The notes under the pieces were generated by a model, which was not told the origin of the DNA, searched no databases, and saw nothing but the letters and a program-made list of their open reading frames with translations. The position numbers and the translations under genes were made by a program. DNA of 63,723 nucleotides, filler included, from Choristocarpus tenellus KU-1152 (taxonomy: Eukaryota > Protista > Phaeophyceae), in the NCBI GenBank assembly GCA_964200185.2. It is 9 parts of 9 records of this genome, joined end to end, with 100 filler letters (N's around TTAATTAATTAA, not from the genome) between each part and the next. Parts side by side here need not be neighbours in the genome. Positions count along the whole stretch, not along the records: positions 14,966 to 26,503 come from CAXNAD020002268.1; positions 26,604 to 31,707 come from CAXNAD020011859.1; positions 31,808 to 40,352 come from CAXNAD020004602.1; 6 more parts are not named here. The stretch is one strand, 5' to 3'. Positions 25,088 to 38,893 of the stretch are shown in pieces. The stretch's first letter is position 1; every line of letters begins with the position of its first letter.

Positions 25088-26503
25088 ATAAATCATTGTG
25101 CATCTCTTGAAATAATCTGCATAATTCAACATGCACTTTTTCATTTACATTATAATATGTTCACCGTTTTTGCATGTGCGTACGCCTATTAAAATAACTA
25201 GAAATTTTCAGTAGTGTAACTTTCAAAATATACACATCAATAGAAAATTAGTAACTCTATGACCTACAACCGTTGACCCTGCAAAATAACATTCCAAGCA
25301 GAATCATCTGTCGATAATGCACAAAATAACTGGCACTAAATCGGATGTGTGATGTCGCCAAAAAGGGGTGCATTGTCCAATTCTTTAAGTTTGCCGTTTC
25401 ATACCAGATATTTAATTAATTATGCCAATTATCCCAGCCTGTCATCAGGATCGATCCAAACCTCTTAAGAATAAAGCAGTGTGTGCACAATCTATGTTTA
25501 GCAGAGCTATCATGATAGTTGATAGGGCTATGTATTCTTGTGAATTTAATGGATAGCTGTAGGCAACCCACCTCTCTGACCCCAAACATGTATACTTGTG
25601 TCACAGCTGACCCTCTATACACAATGCCCATATCTCACCTCAAGCAGAATAGTCTCTTTTATTCCAATAATAGTTTGATTTGACTGAACAATAATAATTC
25701 AATTACATAGATTATGTTGGTGTTCTCGCTCATCATCCCCACTGTTCATCACTACGTAAGATACGATCCATTTAAGTCTTCTGCACAAACATATGAAATG
25801 TCTACTGTACATACATGTAGAGATCCTAAGGAGAGTTGAAATCACCTCTTTTCTCATCCCGAACAAGTCCCTCTCTCTTAAGGTGAGTAATAAATTGTAT
25901 GCTTCCTCCAGTCAAGCTGGGTGGTAAAACTAACAAACAGAAGTACCTTTCTAGTGCACAACAGACAAGGTGCATGCCTACAGCATAGCATTTTGGTACC
26001 CGTACCTACTCCCTGGGCAACAACAACGACTGAAAACAAGGGTGACTCATACTCACGCCTTGTAACAGCAGTTTCGCTTTGACCTCACTCCAGCCACGAA
26101 GCAATGCCCTCCAACTACCTACACTACAAAAAAAGCCACTATCGCACTCAAGGCCGTGACCTAGAAGATAAAAATTCTTCCCCCCTGCCCCCCCAACTTA
26201 AAAAGGGATGACCAATCCCAAAACAGTCTTTATCCCCACAAGCCACCCCTGGGCATCCTGCTGCCTTACCACATCAAAGTTACACAGTACATACCAAACT
26301 GCTACAAGGGGCTACTCAACCTGAGCCCCTCTTGTCCACCAAATAGCGGTAGCTCTATAATAGTATACTTTGCTGAAGTATTTTGTCTCAGCCCTCAAAC
26401 ACACATTTGACACAAAGCTTTGAGAGCCGAAATATGAAAATCAACACATTTGGTCCACAGTCACAGTAGGGGGGGTGGTAATCAGGGGATGGAGGGTGGG
26501 TGG

Positions 26504-26603
26504 NNNNNNNNNNNNNNNNNNNNNNNNNNNNNNNNNNNNNNNNNNNNTTAATTAATTAANNNNNNNNNNNNNNNNNNNNNNNNNNNNNNNNNNNNNNNNN
26601 NNN
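26504..26603. other. Artificial assembly linker
   Basis: N44-TTAATTAATTAA-N44. Confidence 0.98.
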
Positions 26604-26673
26604 GATTCAATTCAACACAATAATCTCATATACACAAAATAAGATACACTTCACTATTGTCCTATTTTTCACA
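26604..26673 (-). repeat. LTR family A, 5' end truncated by contig end
   Basis: Reverse complement TGTGAAAAATAGGACAATAGTGAAGTGTATCTTATTTTG... matches 5119-5183. Confidence 0.85.
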
Positions 26674-27595
26674 ATTAGTATATGAATGGTAAGGTGACAA
26701 GTCCCTTTGAGGTTCGAGGTTTACTCCTTCCTTACACCTTCCTTACTTCATGTACAACCTGTTCTACATAATAAGGGATTAATCGAGTAACTTACATGCA
26801 CAAGTCTTGGGAACACCAATTTCTTTAACAGAGAGGGTGTGACAGAATCTGTTTAAGAGGTACAATCAGGTGTTAAGGGCGCTGGGGGGAAACGATTTCG
26901 AGGTAGAGCATAATGGGACCAAAAAGGAAGAGGGAGGACGAGTTGGCTAGATCAGTTGAACTACTAGACCTAGCAGCCTCTGAGGCAGCCCTGGATGGGT
27001 GGGTTGGCGGTATCGAATAAATACGAGACATAGGATATTAATGTAAAATATTCCAAGGAATCCAACCAATGCTAGGTTCGTTTTGTAATCGGAGGGTCAT
27101 CCCAAGGCACTACAACTTAACAGCCTAGACTTATGGGAGAGAGGGAGTATAGTATATACAGGCTTTGCAGCAGTTTCGTCTATAGGGGATCCTTGAACGG
27201 ACTGGATGTTGACTGGTTTTTCTGGGGAATGTCCAATGGTGGATAGAATAATCTCAATCTGTCCACAGCATCCCAAGTTCTCTGATCTGCATAGCGCAAA
27301 GCCTTTTGCAACATAGAAGTCAATCCCGTACGGGGTATAATTGGCAGGGTGTTGAGCATTTCACTACCCACTGAAAGATGATGGGGAAGTGTAAGCCAGG
27401 AAAGATCACAACTAAAGGATCGAAGTCACAAAGGAGAAAGAAGACAGAGGTTGAGTTGCAACCCTTGAGTGAAGCTGCCAAAAGTGCTTGGATGAAGGAA
27501 TTGAAGCTGAAGATGGATGAGGAGAACGGAGGAAAGAAGCTGTGAAGGAGGCAATGGAGGCCCAAAACAACATCAGGCTAAAAAAAAGGTGCAGT

Positions 27596-27850
27596 GAGCC
27601 AAAGTATCTTAGACGGTAAAGCCGCGTCCATTTCGGGGGCCAAAATCCAATGTTGAGATTTTGATATAATTTTGGTCATTGTGTTTGTTGGGAAGTGTCA
27701 ATATCCATGTTCTGGACACACTTTTCATAACGTACACATTTTACCTACTCTGAAACATTTTGGAGTAGGAAAATGTCATTAAAAAAAACATACGAAGCCA
27801 AGCCCCAAATGGACATAGCAAAACTCGTGCCCTCTAAGATACTTTCACTC
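27596..27850. mobile_element. MITE family D (~250 bp), TSD AGT
   Basis: TIRs GAGCCAAAGTATCTTAGACGG and CCCTCTAAGATACTTTCACTC; AGT on both flanks; homologous to 40045-40293 and 57628-57882. Confidence 0.88.
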
Positions 27851-29587
27851 AGTGTTTGACCCAAATGGAGGGCCTCCCATTGACCATCCTCTACTTGTCC
27901 TTCAATCAGGGTGTGAGAACAGCTTCTTTCAACATATAACCCTCGTCATCAAGCTGAAGTCCATTGACCAGGTGAGTGTTTGCAACGTTATACAGGAATG
28001 GAAGGAAAATGGAGTGTACTAACAAGCTCTAGTCAAGGTAGGGGGAAGGTAGACTCAGATAAGGACGAATCCATGGTGATCTTATCCGTACAACTCATCG
28101 TAGTACTGGAGTTTCACACCTTTTGACCTGAATCGTTCCGGGCACAAGGTAAATAGTCAGGATTTCTGTACTATACATTGCGCACATGTAGATTTAAAGA
28201 GGTCGGAGTCTGTTCATAAGAGAGGGGTAGATCAACATCCCCCCCAAGAGTAAGGCTCGCATTTTTTCACTATTTTATTGAGAATGTTCGTTTATGTGTT
28301 CCAGGCGCTTGGCAGGCACTACATCAGTAGTCACTACCCAGGAAGATTTACCCCTTGAACAAGGTCTGAAGGTCGACCAGAGTTGGCAGGTGCAAACAGG
28401 GCTGGCAGGAGTACACTACCAATCTCCTCTACGAATGGATGAAAGCAACGACTTCAAGAGCACAAAGAAAACACCAGAAGACTACTTCACACACGAAGAA
28501 AAAAGGGAACACAAGTTACCAGTTCAGTGTAACACAGGCGAGTCGAGAGGGAGGCCTACAGACCCCAGGGCAACTTTAACAAGTAGCCAGAAAAGATCAT
28601 AATTCCTCTGCAGATATGTCACATGTAGCATGACTAAACATAACACAAGGAACTACGCAACATTGGTTTATACTACCCAACCAATTAAGTATAAACCTAA
28701 ACAATAGCACAGCTACATGCTGCAACTACCTCACCTCTTCATCCTGTCAAGGAGAGTGGATGTCTGCACAACTCTGGTGGTTTAAGAACAGGGAACGATC
28801 ACAACCTTTGTGGCTCCATTGAGGATTTTACAACTCCGTTCAATGTATGCGTCCAGGCACAAGCTGTCCCGAGCAACAGTATAGTGCTGTCATCTTATTA
28901 TGGATCGTGAAGAATGGTTCTTCTGGATTATACTTGGAGTTTCTCGTCACGTTCCATCCCCATCTGGGCTTATCAACAAGCCAGGTCCATCACAATACTC
29001 TTCGTGGTGCTTCCAATCAATGAGCGCTTTTCATACACTGAGTATTTTCTGACCCACTCAAGTCGCTTAATTTTACTTGCTGTGGAAAGATTTTCGAGCT
29101 CATCGCTGCATGATAGCCAGGTATCCTTGTCCTGTCCACCAAACTTGGCAAATGTCTATCTTTCTGCTGTCGGTGGCTGGCTTTGTGTAATGAGATTCTG
29201 TCAATAAATACAACAGTGAGTTGACAACCTGTCAATACATGGTGAGAGCCGAGTCCCTTCCTGAGGAAAAAACATCTTTGTTGTTTTGTTAACTCTTAAA
29301 CATTTTTGCGGTTCACAGAAATGGAGAAAAAATGAGATGGGACTCTCCTCTCTGCTCTTGCCTTTCCTTTCCTTTCCTTTCGGAATATCTACCCAGGAAA
29401 GGTTCAGTGAGCATGCTGTACTATCTAGTGTCTGCATTCGATGAGGGAAACACAACTCAGCAAAGGCCACAACAATAGAAAATTGTCTAATGACCAATGC
29501 CTACATGTAATCTTCTCAGGAGGAGTGTATGCGTGGGGGAAAGCACGCCACAGTAGAGAACACAGAAGTGCGTAAACCAAGCTTGGT

Positions 29588-30266
29588 CTATGTGAGTGTC
29601 TCGAGGTATGCAAGCTTGGCCATTGCTTCTGAGAGCTGACTATCACCGTCTGCAAACTGTTGAGAGATGTACAATGTATGATAGAAGTGGATGGCACAAA
29701 GGAAAGCGGGTTGGGGAAGGGTGTGAGAGAGAACAGGACTAGGAGTACAATGTACGGTGAAGAAAGTACTGTACAAGGAACAAAACACACCAACTCCAGG
29801 AGTGTAAGCTTTTAACTGGCCTAACTTCATCTAGGAACCCACCACGAAGAAACCCATTTGCTGTTTTAGACAGATCACAAATTGATCTTTTCAACAGACA
29901 TTCAGTCTTGAAGTCGGAGTGTGTTTCAAAAGATGTGTCTGTGCTTGAGAAAAAGCTACAAAAAGTTTGGGGAAGAGTCAGGGTTAGGGTTAGGGTTAGC
30001 ATATTTGCAGCTATTGCTTCTTAAAATGCATTCCTCTCTTTTTCAACACCTTGAAAAGGCAAGCAAGTACACAAATACACTTCCCTGCAACATTTACTTC
30101 TCTCTCTCTCTCTCTCTCCACACTCCACTAAATTAATAGTGGTTAACCGTCGAGTCGATTTTTGTCAGAAAATATTGATTTTCCTTGCCAATGAACGTAC
30201 CGTGAACAGTTTGCTTTCATTCGCTACCTTGGCTTCACTCTTCAAATCCGTCATGGCATCCAGCAC
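29588..30266 (-). CDS. Candidate 3' exons (30266-30201, 29656-29588) of an unknown helical protein
   Basis: cag|VLDAMTDLKSEAKVANESKLFT|gtacgt and cag|FADGDSQLSEAMAKLAYLETLT*, both phase 0. No homology recognised. Confidence 0.45.
29980..29999 (+). repeat. Short interstitial (TTAGGG)n
   Basis: GGGTTAGGGTTAGGGTTAG. Confidence 0.7.
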
Positions 30267-31707
30267 CTGATTTGATCCAACAGTAACAGCAAAAAAAAAA
30301 GCACCAACAGCAGGAAATGCCAAAAAAAGGTGTACCAAACATGAGCATGTGCAGAGTTCATAGTAGTGCAGTAAAATTGATAAAGCTGTGAATGAGTCCT
30401 ATCATATACAATCGATACCAATCGAAACCATAGTTGTAAAAAAAAACAAATCAATCATTTGGCAAACCCGCACACAGGTACACTGTGTGAAGAATGTACC
30501 ACCATATGTGTGATGGGTACTTTACCCTTTAGATCAACGTGTGAAAGGTGCTATGTGAGAATACAGCATTAAAAACAAGTTTAACGAATCCAATACTTCA
30601 TTGTAAGGACCTGCTCAAGCGTGCATTGAAGGGGCACAAAGTATAAAAAGAGGCAGATATCCAAGAGTTCTAATTCTGGAAGGGCCTCTCACCACCTGGG
30701 ACTCAAAAGGCCACTGAAGACGTTTTTCCATTCACACTATTCAAACACACCCATCCAGAAGGATCCACACGATCAGAGGACAATTGACTAGGCTCAAGGA
30801 TCTTGTCTACGGGTGAATCCCTCCCTCTTTACACAGTGCCACATCTGACTGAAATGAATGTTTATCACATACCCTTGCTTGTGTCAACATGGCCGGCAGG
30901 ATAAAACAGTCAACCGACCTCACTTGAAATACCCTGCAACATTGAATTCTACTTGGAAAAGGCATTACAGTGCAGTAGATGTTCAATTTTAGGAATGCAA
31001 AAAAAAACCGTCACCGGCTTGCCCTGTGGTGGTTGATTAGGGGTTGCAGGGTCTTGCCACTTTGAAATTAGGTCTCTCAAAATCACTGTTCTTGTCGGGA
31101 ACTGCTACTGAAATATAAAACACCTACTTCATGAAAGGTTTGTGTTCAAAACAACACACCACTTCAATCAACAAAATGTTCAAATTGACTCTTGAAAGAG
31201 AGACTACACTCCAACTCTCCAGTACAAAGTGAGCCACCAAAATGCAGACTCCTCAGCATTTCAAAACAAAACAAATTTCATCTCTACAAGAGAGGGTCAA
31301 AATCCAGCTTCCATTGGTCCACAAAACTTTAGAGTTCACAACAGCAGTGACTTGCACAAGCCCCAGCCCCAGCCAAGTCAAACACACCATTATATATCCC
31401 AGAGGTTAAACCGGATAAGAAAGCACGTAACACCAAAACATGACCAGGAGAGGACATAGCGCACTGGGCTTGGAAGGCCCAAGGCGGCGATCAAGGAAGA
31501 GGGAGAGGTTTATAGTTGCCTTGAGGAATGGATCGACTAGTCCAACATCTGAGAAGGCGTATTATACTTTGACTTCTGTGGCAAAAGGAATTGCTGCAGG
31601 AGATGCATTAATCAATTTGCCACACAGCTATGCTAGAAATATGCTGCGATTAGTGAAAGGCCAGTCCAGGATAGGGGCCGGGAGGGGGGGGGCAAGGAGG
31701 ACTTCGG

Positions 31708-31807
31708 NNNNNNNNNNNNNNNNNNNNNNNNNNNNNNNNNNNNNNNNNNNNTTAATTAATTAANNNNNNNNNNNNNNNNNNNNNNNNNNNNNNNNNNNNN
31801 NNNNNNN
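31708..31807. other. Artificial assembly linker
   Basis: N44-TTAATTAATTAA-N44. Confidence 0.98.
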
Positions 31808-32231
31808 GTTACTAATGACCATGATACTCAACCTTGGTGTCCCCCCGGACAAGTTGGACCAGACAACTCTACCATCCCCGTTCAGATACCAAAAGGAGCT
31901 GCAACACAGCACAGGAAGAATACTTCTCCTGTAGCACAACAAAAACCAGGCACTTCCATTGGGGAGTTCAATGAATCTGGACACCCAGCTATACCACAGT
32001 CCAGCATCGCCCGGGGACCTACAAGCTTAGGCATCTCTCGCTCTCTTCCCCAGATTCCCATGGAGGTACACTGCCCAACCTCACTGCCCATTTTGAATGC
32101 TACTCCTTCTGACTTCCATTGTTTTGGCACACCTACCAGGTAAATGGGAGGACCAAGAAATAATGTGTCATAGTCCTTGCGTGCTCCTCTCCACACCCAG
32201 GAGTGAGAGAAACCACAAGATCTAAACTTAG

Positions 32232-35200
32232 TTGACAAATTGCTTAACTGTGAAAACAATAACTGGATCTCACACCGAATTTCTATCCCTCCTCTGCAAA
32301 ATGGACCCACACCAGTTACGACATTTTTCTCCATTGTTTGTTCCTGGCGTCAGGAATGCTCGGCCCTCATCAATAGATGCAGCAACTCAATTCCCTCCTC
32401 CTGAGGAATTTCGAGGTGGAGATTCCTTTTTACAGATCTCATTGGATCCCAAACCTCCCACAGTGATGAAGGCATGCAGATGTGCTGGTGCTCGCAGCTC
32501 CGCTGGAATTACTCTGAAGACAGTGGGGGGGGGAGAACCTGCAGCTGGTATCAGATTGAAAGCATCATCGGGGTGTTGGGACCATTTTTCTGAGACGCAA
32601 AATAATGACTCCAGTGCTACAATAGAGAAAAATGATAGAGCCACTGTGACATCAATTGATGCAATGAGCACTTCTATTGACCGGGCTCAACTTTTCCCGA
32701 CTCATCCTTGCATTGATAACATTCCTACATGGTGGCTGCTTCAACTGCCTGGATCGCTGCATCCGTTGACATTCTTTCCAGCAGCAACACAGGGAGCTGT
32801 GGCATGTCAAGGAATGCCCGAGAGCTCACAAGCAGGGGAGGGGACCAACAAGCCTCAAGAGCCGTTGTGTCAGACAACTTACGCCCCATTAAAACCCACA
32901 GACCGTCCAGCAACATCCATATTGACAACAAAAGATGAGACTAGTGCAGACCCTTTGACAGGCTTGCATGAAAGTGCATCAACATTTCGGGTTGAGAACA
33001 CGGGCATGAGGGAAGGGGAGGGACAATGTGGGACAAGACTAGAAGAGACTCCTGGCCTTGGGAATGAGAGGGAGGAGGACTCTGCCGAAAGTCAGAGTGC
33101 AGGCAGCTGCGAGGGCAATGGTGCCACTTTATGTACTGATACAAGGAAAGACAACATCAACACGGATCTTTCACAGCACGCAAGAAAACAGTCTTCAATT
33201 GGATCGGCCATGAGGTCGGCATCTTGGTTTCCTACTGCAACACCGGAATCGACTCCAGTCGTTAGCGATTCCTTGGCCGTCAGTCATGACAAGGTAGCGG
33301 TTTTGAAGGCTCAGGGATTGAAGGATCCAAATGATTCCAATGGTTTTACCTCTAGGAAGGGTGAGGACAATAGTTCAATCATGTTGGCTGTGGGCAAGCA
33401 GGAAATATGTGAAAGAAGTAAGGATGACCGGGGCACGCACGTAAGTTCCAACCTGGTGAATCATCAAGGATACGTAAATGACACACCCTTTGGTTCATCA
33501 GAGGTAGGGGATACATCAGCCTGGTCACAGAATGTTGGGTATCGAGGGAATGACACAGTCCAACAACAAACCCAGGTAACTTGTGGAAGAACCACGCTGA
33601 AAGCTGAGGTATTGGAAAATGGTCAAGGGAGTGAATTGAGTGGGCATCAGGGTCTTGGGAACAATGCAGCCTTGGGTGACATTCAGGCAAGACGTCCTTC
33701 CTTACCCTTTGCTCAGATTGCAAGGATAGGGTTAGTTGGTAGGACTGTTGAGAACAGTTGAGAGAATGTTGTCAGAGGGACAAAAGGAAGGCAGGCGTTT
33801 GTGAACATTTTATGGTAGGTACTTCATGCAAGTCAAGTTCGAATTAGGCTCTCACAGTAGTATTTATTGGTATATTATGTACTCAAAGGAACAAGGAGTC
33901 TTCAAAAATGTATCTGACCGATTGGTGACTGAATTTTTTTTTGGTAAGTACTCCTCCATCAAATTGTTAAGGTACACACGTACTCGTACGTACTAATGGT
34001 TCAATAATTTACAAAATCTGCCATTATTACTGGTGATGCAAAAAAAACATTCAGAAAACATTTTTTTCTGGAAGAGTCTGTACGAGACAATTTTTTGGGG
34101 TACTCTAAAACACCATCATTTTAGTGAGGGCAGTAGATTGTTACTCTTGCAAAAAGTCTCAAAAGAATATTTTTTTTAGAGGCTTCGTGAGCAATAGTGA
34201 CGATGTGTAAACTATTTTTTTTGTTTGTCTAAGTGGTGGAGAGAATGGAGTCGTGTTGTAGACATAGGTGTCAGTACATCGTGCCTAGTCATGTCCATTC
34301 GCCTACGGCATTGCATCAACTACCACACAGAATGCCTTTCTGTTTTGACCCGTGCTAGGTTTGTTATTAACATATTGCTGGCATTGACATGCAACAGGTC
34401 TACTCTTTATGCGGACCTTGTTGGTGACCTTCCCCACCCCCCATCCCCAATACACACACACACTGATTCTTCCTGTGAGGAATATCATTTGACTGAGCAT
34501 ATAAATTCCGTGGTTGGAAGCAAAAAATTGTACATGCAAATATACATCGTCAGTATCGTTCTGAATCGTGTTAAACACTATTTTACTCCACCAATTTACA
34601 GAGAGAGGTGCGATTCACAGCTTGCCATCATTCATTATTGCTGGTGATTAAACCGGTCAACAACCAAATTCCAGCAAGAATACGGTCCAGTGTCTCACAG
34701 TAACACAACTTGGGTTTGGTACACGAAAAAGGAGCGCTCTTGCGCATAGTAGTTGTACCTGACTAAATTATCATGTAAACAGCAAAAAGACAATAGATAC
34801 TCGATGGATTTAGAAGAAGATTGAATATCAGCTCCAGAAATGAGTGACCTTGTGTTGTACTCTGAACAGTTTATGAAAGCCCTCGAACAATTTTTCTCAA
34901 TCTGTGCACCTACCTATCCCCCTGCAGTCATAATTCTACCCAAGACCCCCACTCTCACAGCTCACATTGTATCAACTTGTGCAATTTGATCCAGCAACAG
35001 GATACCTATGGGGCACCTACAGCAGCTTGTGATTTTGAGGGTCTGAAGTCCGTGTGTGTTTGATTCAAGTTGACGAGTAGTTTTCTACAACAATTATTTT
35101 TCTTTTGTACAGGCGAGGCAACGATTGGCATGCCCATCCCTCTATTAATGCCATACCCCTTCAACTACCAATATTGGGTCAGCCCCCCTTTCCCTGAGCA

Positions 35201-36091
35201 CGGAAGGATTGATGACCCCATTCACTTCATATTTTCCTCTGCTTTTCCCCTTTCCTTTTTCTCAAGAGCTATCATTGTGGGGGTAGAGGAGAAGGCTGGA
35301 GTGAGGGTGGATGTGAGGGCAACAAGGAAGCAGACTGTGAGGGAAAGGGTGGAAGTTCAAGTGGGTTAGGGACCTCTGCGATGTGTGATGCACTGGCTGC
35401 CCCGAAGGCTGATCTTCTGCGTCTATCTCATTCCCCATTAGCACACAAGTCATGGGAAGAATGTGTCCCCAACGAACCTATGCTCAGGGATACGAGTGGA
35501 GAGCGGGGAGCTTCAGTGGTGAATGGTTGTATGCCTGCTGTTGATGCTGTTGATGGAGACATTGCCATTCAGTGGCGCCTTCTGTTTGGCGAGTTGATAG
35601 GCTCGTTGCCTATTGCCATATCTCTCGCAGATGTTGCAAGTATAGGAGGAGAAGGGCAGGAGAGCAAAGGGGCAGTGGGCCTAAAGTCAAAAGGGCCAAG
35701 GGAGGTAAGGCGGGAGGGAGGATGGACAGCAACTTCAGGGCGAGAATATGAATGTGTGGGGATTAGTGGAACAGTAGGGGCAGGAGGTGAAGGGGGAAGC
35801 AGGGGGGGGCAGGTGTCCAGTGCCATGGGGGAGAGATGGGGTATGGGAGATGAGAACCGGAATGAGGGTAACGCAAAGCCCTGGGTAAGGAGGGGAGGTG
35901 CAAATGTAGGAAGACGAGCAGAAGGAGACAAGACCAGAGCCTGGAAAACTGGCAAAGTGCAATCTACCATTGCCACGGTCAACAAGGTACGGTGAGGAGG
36001 AGGTCCCGACTTGTCGTTTGACAATGGTCTGGTTTTGTAGAATTATAAGACGTTATTTTTGCTGCAGGCGAAGTTGGAACGCAGCAAGTAA
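32232..36091 (+). CDS. Large unknown, probably disordered protein; candidate exons ~32232-33738, 35113-35177, 35267-35986, 36068-36091
   Basis: 509-aa S/T/G-rich open frame, then phase-compatible GT-AG exons ending ...TIATVNK|AKLERSK*. No domain recognised; 5' end uncertain. Confidence 0.55.
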
Positions 36092-36908
36092 CTACTAGTG
36101 AAGGGTAAGGATACACTTGGAAGTATGTTGCTAGGAAATTGCACAAGCAACTGGGCTATTGCAGCAGTACTGGAATTAGTAAGGATAGAAGGTAGCACCA
36201 ACAGAGTTCTCAGCTTCCGTGTATTCAAAGGGTTTATTGAAGGGACTTTCTGCCCCTAGAGGGAGACCCTCGCTGTGTCCACATCCTTGAACTCCGCCCA
36301 CCACAGGACTTGCTAGTATAGCTTGTAATCAATTAGGGCGGCTGGCACAACCATTCCCTCTGATATGGTGGGTTGGTGCTGGACATGGTCCTCACAGTTT
36401 TAGGGCCTCCTTCCAAATCTACTTTTACGATATCGATCTGTCCATAATACTTGAGATACTGTTCCAATGTCTAGTATTTTGGATACTGCCCATGAGATAC
36501 TGTATCATCAATAGTATACTATACAATACCACCATATGCATCGTACATGTGGTGGTCGCTACTGAACTGCAGATAGAAGGGTACACTCAAGCTTAGGAAG
36601 GGGTAGGAAACCTTACCCCAGGTGTGCAATCCTTTGACACCACCAATAATTAGAATTGAGGTGAGGTCGATACTTAGTCAGAGAATCTCCTGCATCACAA
36701 GTGGGTGCAACGTCTGCAAGTGCAACGCCGGGAAACAAACACCATCGGGGGTTGCTCTATCAGGGTCGTGGACACCAAGTTATGGATCGCTTTGAATACC
36801 CAATGACATGCTCCTTAGAAGTACAAGGATCACAAATTATCTTGTGCTTCCAAGTACAACTACAACGAGAACGATAACTATTTTTTTTATGGTTATTAAC
36901 AGTTCATG

Positions 36909-36953
36909 CTTAGGGTTAGGGCTAGGGTTAGGGTTAGGGTTAGGGTTAGGGTT
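36909..36953 (+). repeat. Interstitial telomere-like repeat, about seven TTAGGG units
   Basis: Seen directly, with one CTAGGG variant. Confidence 0.92.
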
Positions 36954-37835
36954 CACTGCAGGGGGGTTGTAGATGGTGCGGTAGAGTGAAAAGGTCAATG
37001 CCGAGTCAGTCATTCTCTCTCTGGCCGAGAGGATGAGGGTCCAATGGTTCGTTTCTATTCATTGTAAACTTTGTGCCATACCTTGTAAACATAATGTGTA
37101 TATATACTTTGTATTGTTGAGTAATCCGGAGTGTAATGATAAGGGACCTACTCTGGATGCTTTCCATCTGGAGATCAATTCGATTCAAGGAGCTTTGTGG
37201 GCGAAGCAGTCTTTGTGGTGTGTAATGGAAGCAAAAGGTGATGGAAGGAATGGACAGAAAATATTACTTCCAAATCTAGAAGTAGAGAATTTTTTTGTTG
37301 AGGAATTATATATTGAAATGCCGTCAAATATCAACCATCTAGAACAGTCACGACTGTACAATTGTATGATATGAGTTGGTACACATCAATTCAATGACCC
37401 ACATGCTTTCCTAGAACAGTACTGGACAACCGCTAGGGCCACTTGGACGATGATATTTCACATACTTGTTCTTGAATCCTTTCTCATCTTCTTCACCGAC
37501 TAGCACTGCCTTTCCTGACTCAACAGGAGTTTTGTAAGCTCTTTTTGTGTGAAGAGCAAGATGTAGTGGGACAGCCACAGCACAATTTCGTGAAAGGTTG
37601 CACAGGAGAGACCCGAAATGTTTTGGGTGATGCAATATCGAAGGTGTGGTCTATGTGGTCTACGTGTACCAAAAAAATCCTTGCTAAATACCCTTCTTGT
37701 CCATCACCCACAAGATGTTGACTCCGACCCAATCACACTTCCACTGCATCGAGCACACTGCTGAGATGTTTGTTGTGCATTTTTCTCCCTCTCCAACTAT
37801 CGTGAGAGGAAATTTCAGTAGTGATACCATCGGCG

Positions 37836-37944
37836 TTGAGTATATTGGCAACCATATTGAGTATATTGGCAACCATATTGAGTATATTGGCAACCATATT
37901 GAGTATATTGGCAACCATATTGAGTATATTGGCAACCATATTGA
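37836..37944. repeat. 21-bp minisatellite TTGAGTATATTGGCAACCATA x5
   Basis: Five perfect contiguous units with no spacers. Confidence 0.97.
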
Positions 37945-38706
37945 ACATTCAACGACTTGCTACTTCCACTACTTTGCCAATGAGCTCGGAGATGAGTCAA
38001 AATTTGGGCTGCAATGACATCATATGTAGTAGACTATACTGACGTCGATAAATAGCCTACACAAGACCTCTCCACGCTCTGAATTAGAGTAGTGTTAAGT
38101 GCCAAAGTTCACCAACGCTAGTATATTAACCAATCAGTACAATAGATGTCTGCATTTGTTCCCTTCAGGCTTTTATTTTTTTATTTCTTCGTTTTGTGTG
38201 TCCGTGTATTTAAACATTTTATCTATTTTGTTTCTTTTCAAATCTTCCTGCATTCTTTGTTGCACTATATATTTTGGGCTTATCAGATAGATTTATCCAT
38301 ATATTGTCCTCTCCTCTTTTCTTGTATCGCCTTTCTGACCACACATCCGAGCGTGTTATATGTTTCTTTCTTTTTCCAACACCTGCCGAGAACTTGACAT
38401 CATTGCATCCTGCGTCTAACTAATGTGCAGTATAACCAATCAACTAGCCATCCATTTAGTCGATCAGATTTCTAAATCCAATTTGCACCAACAGTATTCC
38501 CCATCACTTCTCCTTGGATTACACAGGGGTATGGTTGTATTGTCAAAACATCGGTGAAGGCAGTGTCATTCGGGCCAGGCTCTTCGAACTCGGGTGATGT
38601 GCTAGTCTGCCATCATGGAGTTTTCACTGGGAAACCAAACCCCACATACAGGTTCTCAGTGTGTCTGCTTGTCTTGGCCAACAAGGAACAATCCAGGTGT
38701 GGTCAT

Positions 38707-38893
38707 GACTCAAAGTATCTGGGGGGAGGGTTGTGACTGTCCATTTGGGGCACATTTTTTCATGTTGTGCTTTTTGGGGGATTTGGTTGCATGTATTGGA
38801 TGGATAACATAAGCTTACTTTTCCGGATCAGGGCCCGAATGGACACCCTGGTGTATCCCTCCCCCCCCCCCACACACACAGATACTTTAAGCC
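38707..38893. mobile_element. MITE family E, complete copy
   Basis: TIRs GACTCAAAGTATCTG and CAGATACTTTAAGCC; subterminal G/C runs and GTCCATTT/AATGGAC motifs. Confidence 0.82.

Noticed and set aside
37033-37700. Copia-RT-like hints (EELYIEMP; GALWAKQS)
   Set aside because: Motifs are out of order and degenerate.
37836-37944. 21-bp repeats as a CRISPR array or repeat protein
   Set aside because: Units are contiguous with no spacers, there are no cas genes and the context is eukaryotic. The repeat ORFs are by-products.
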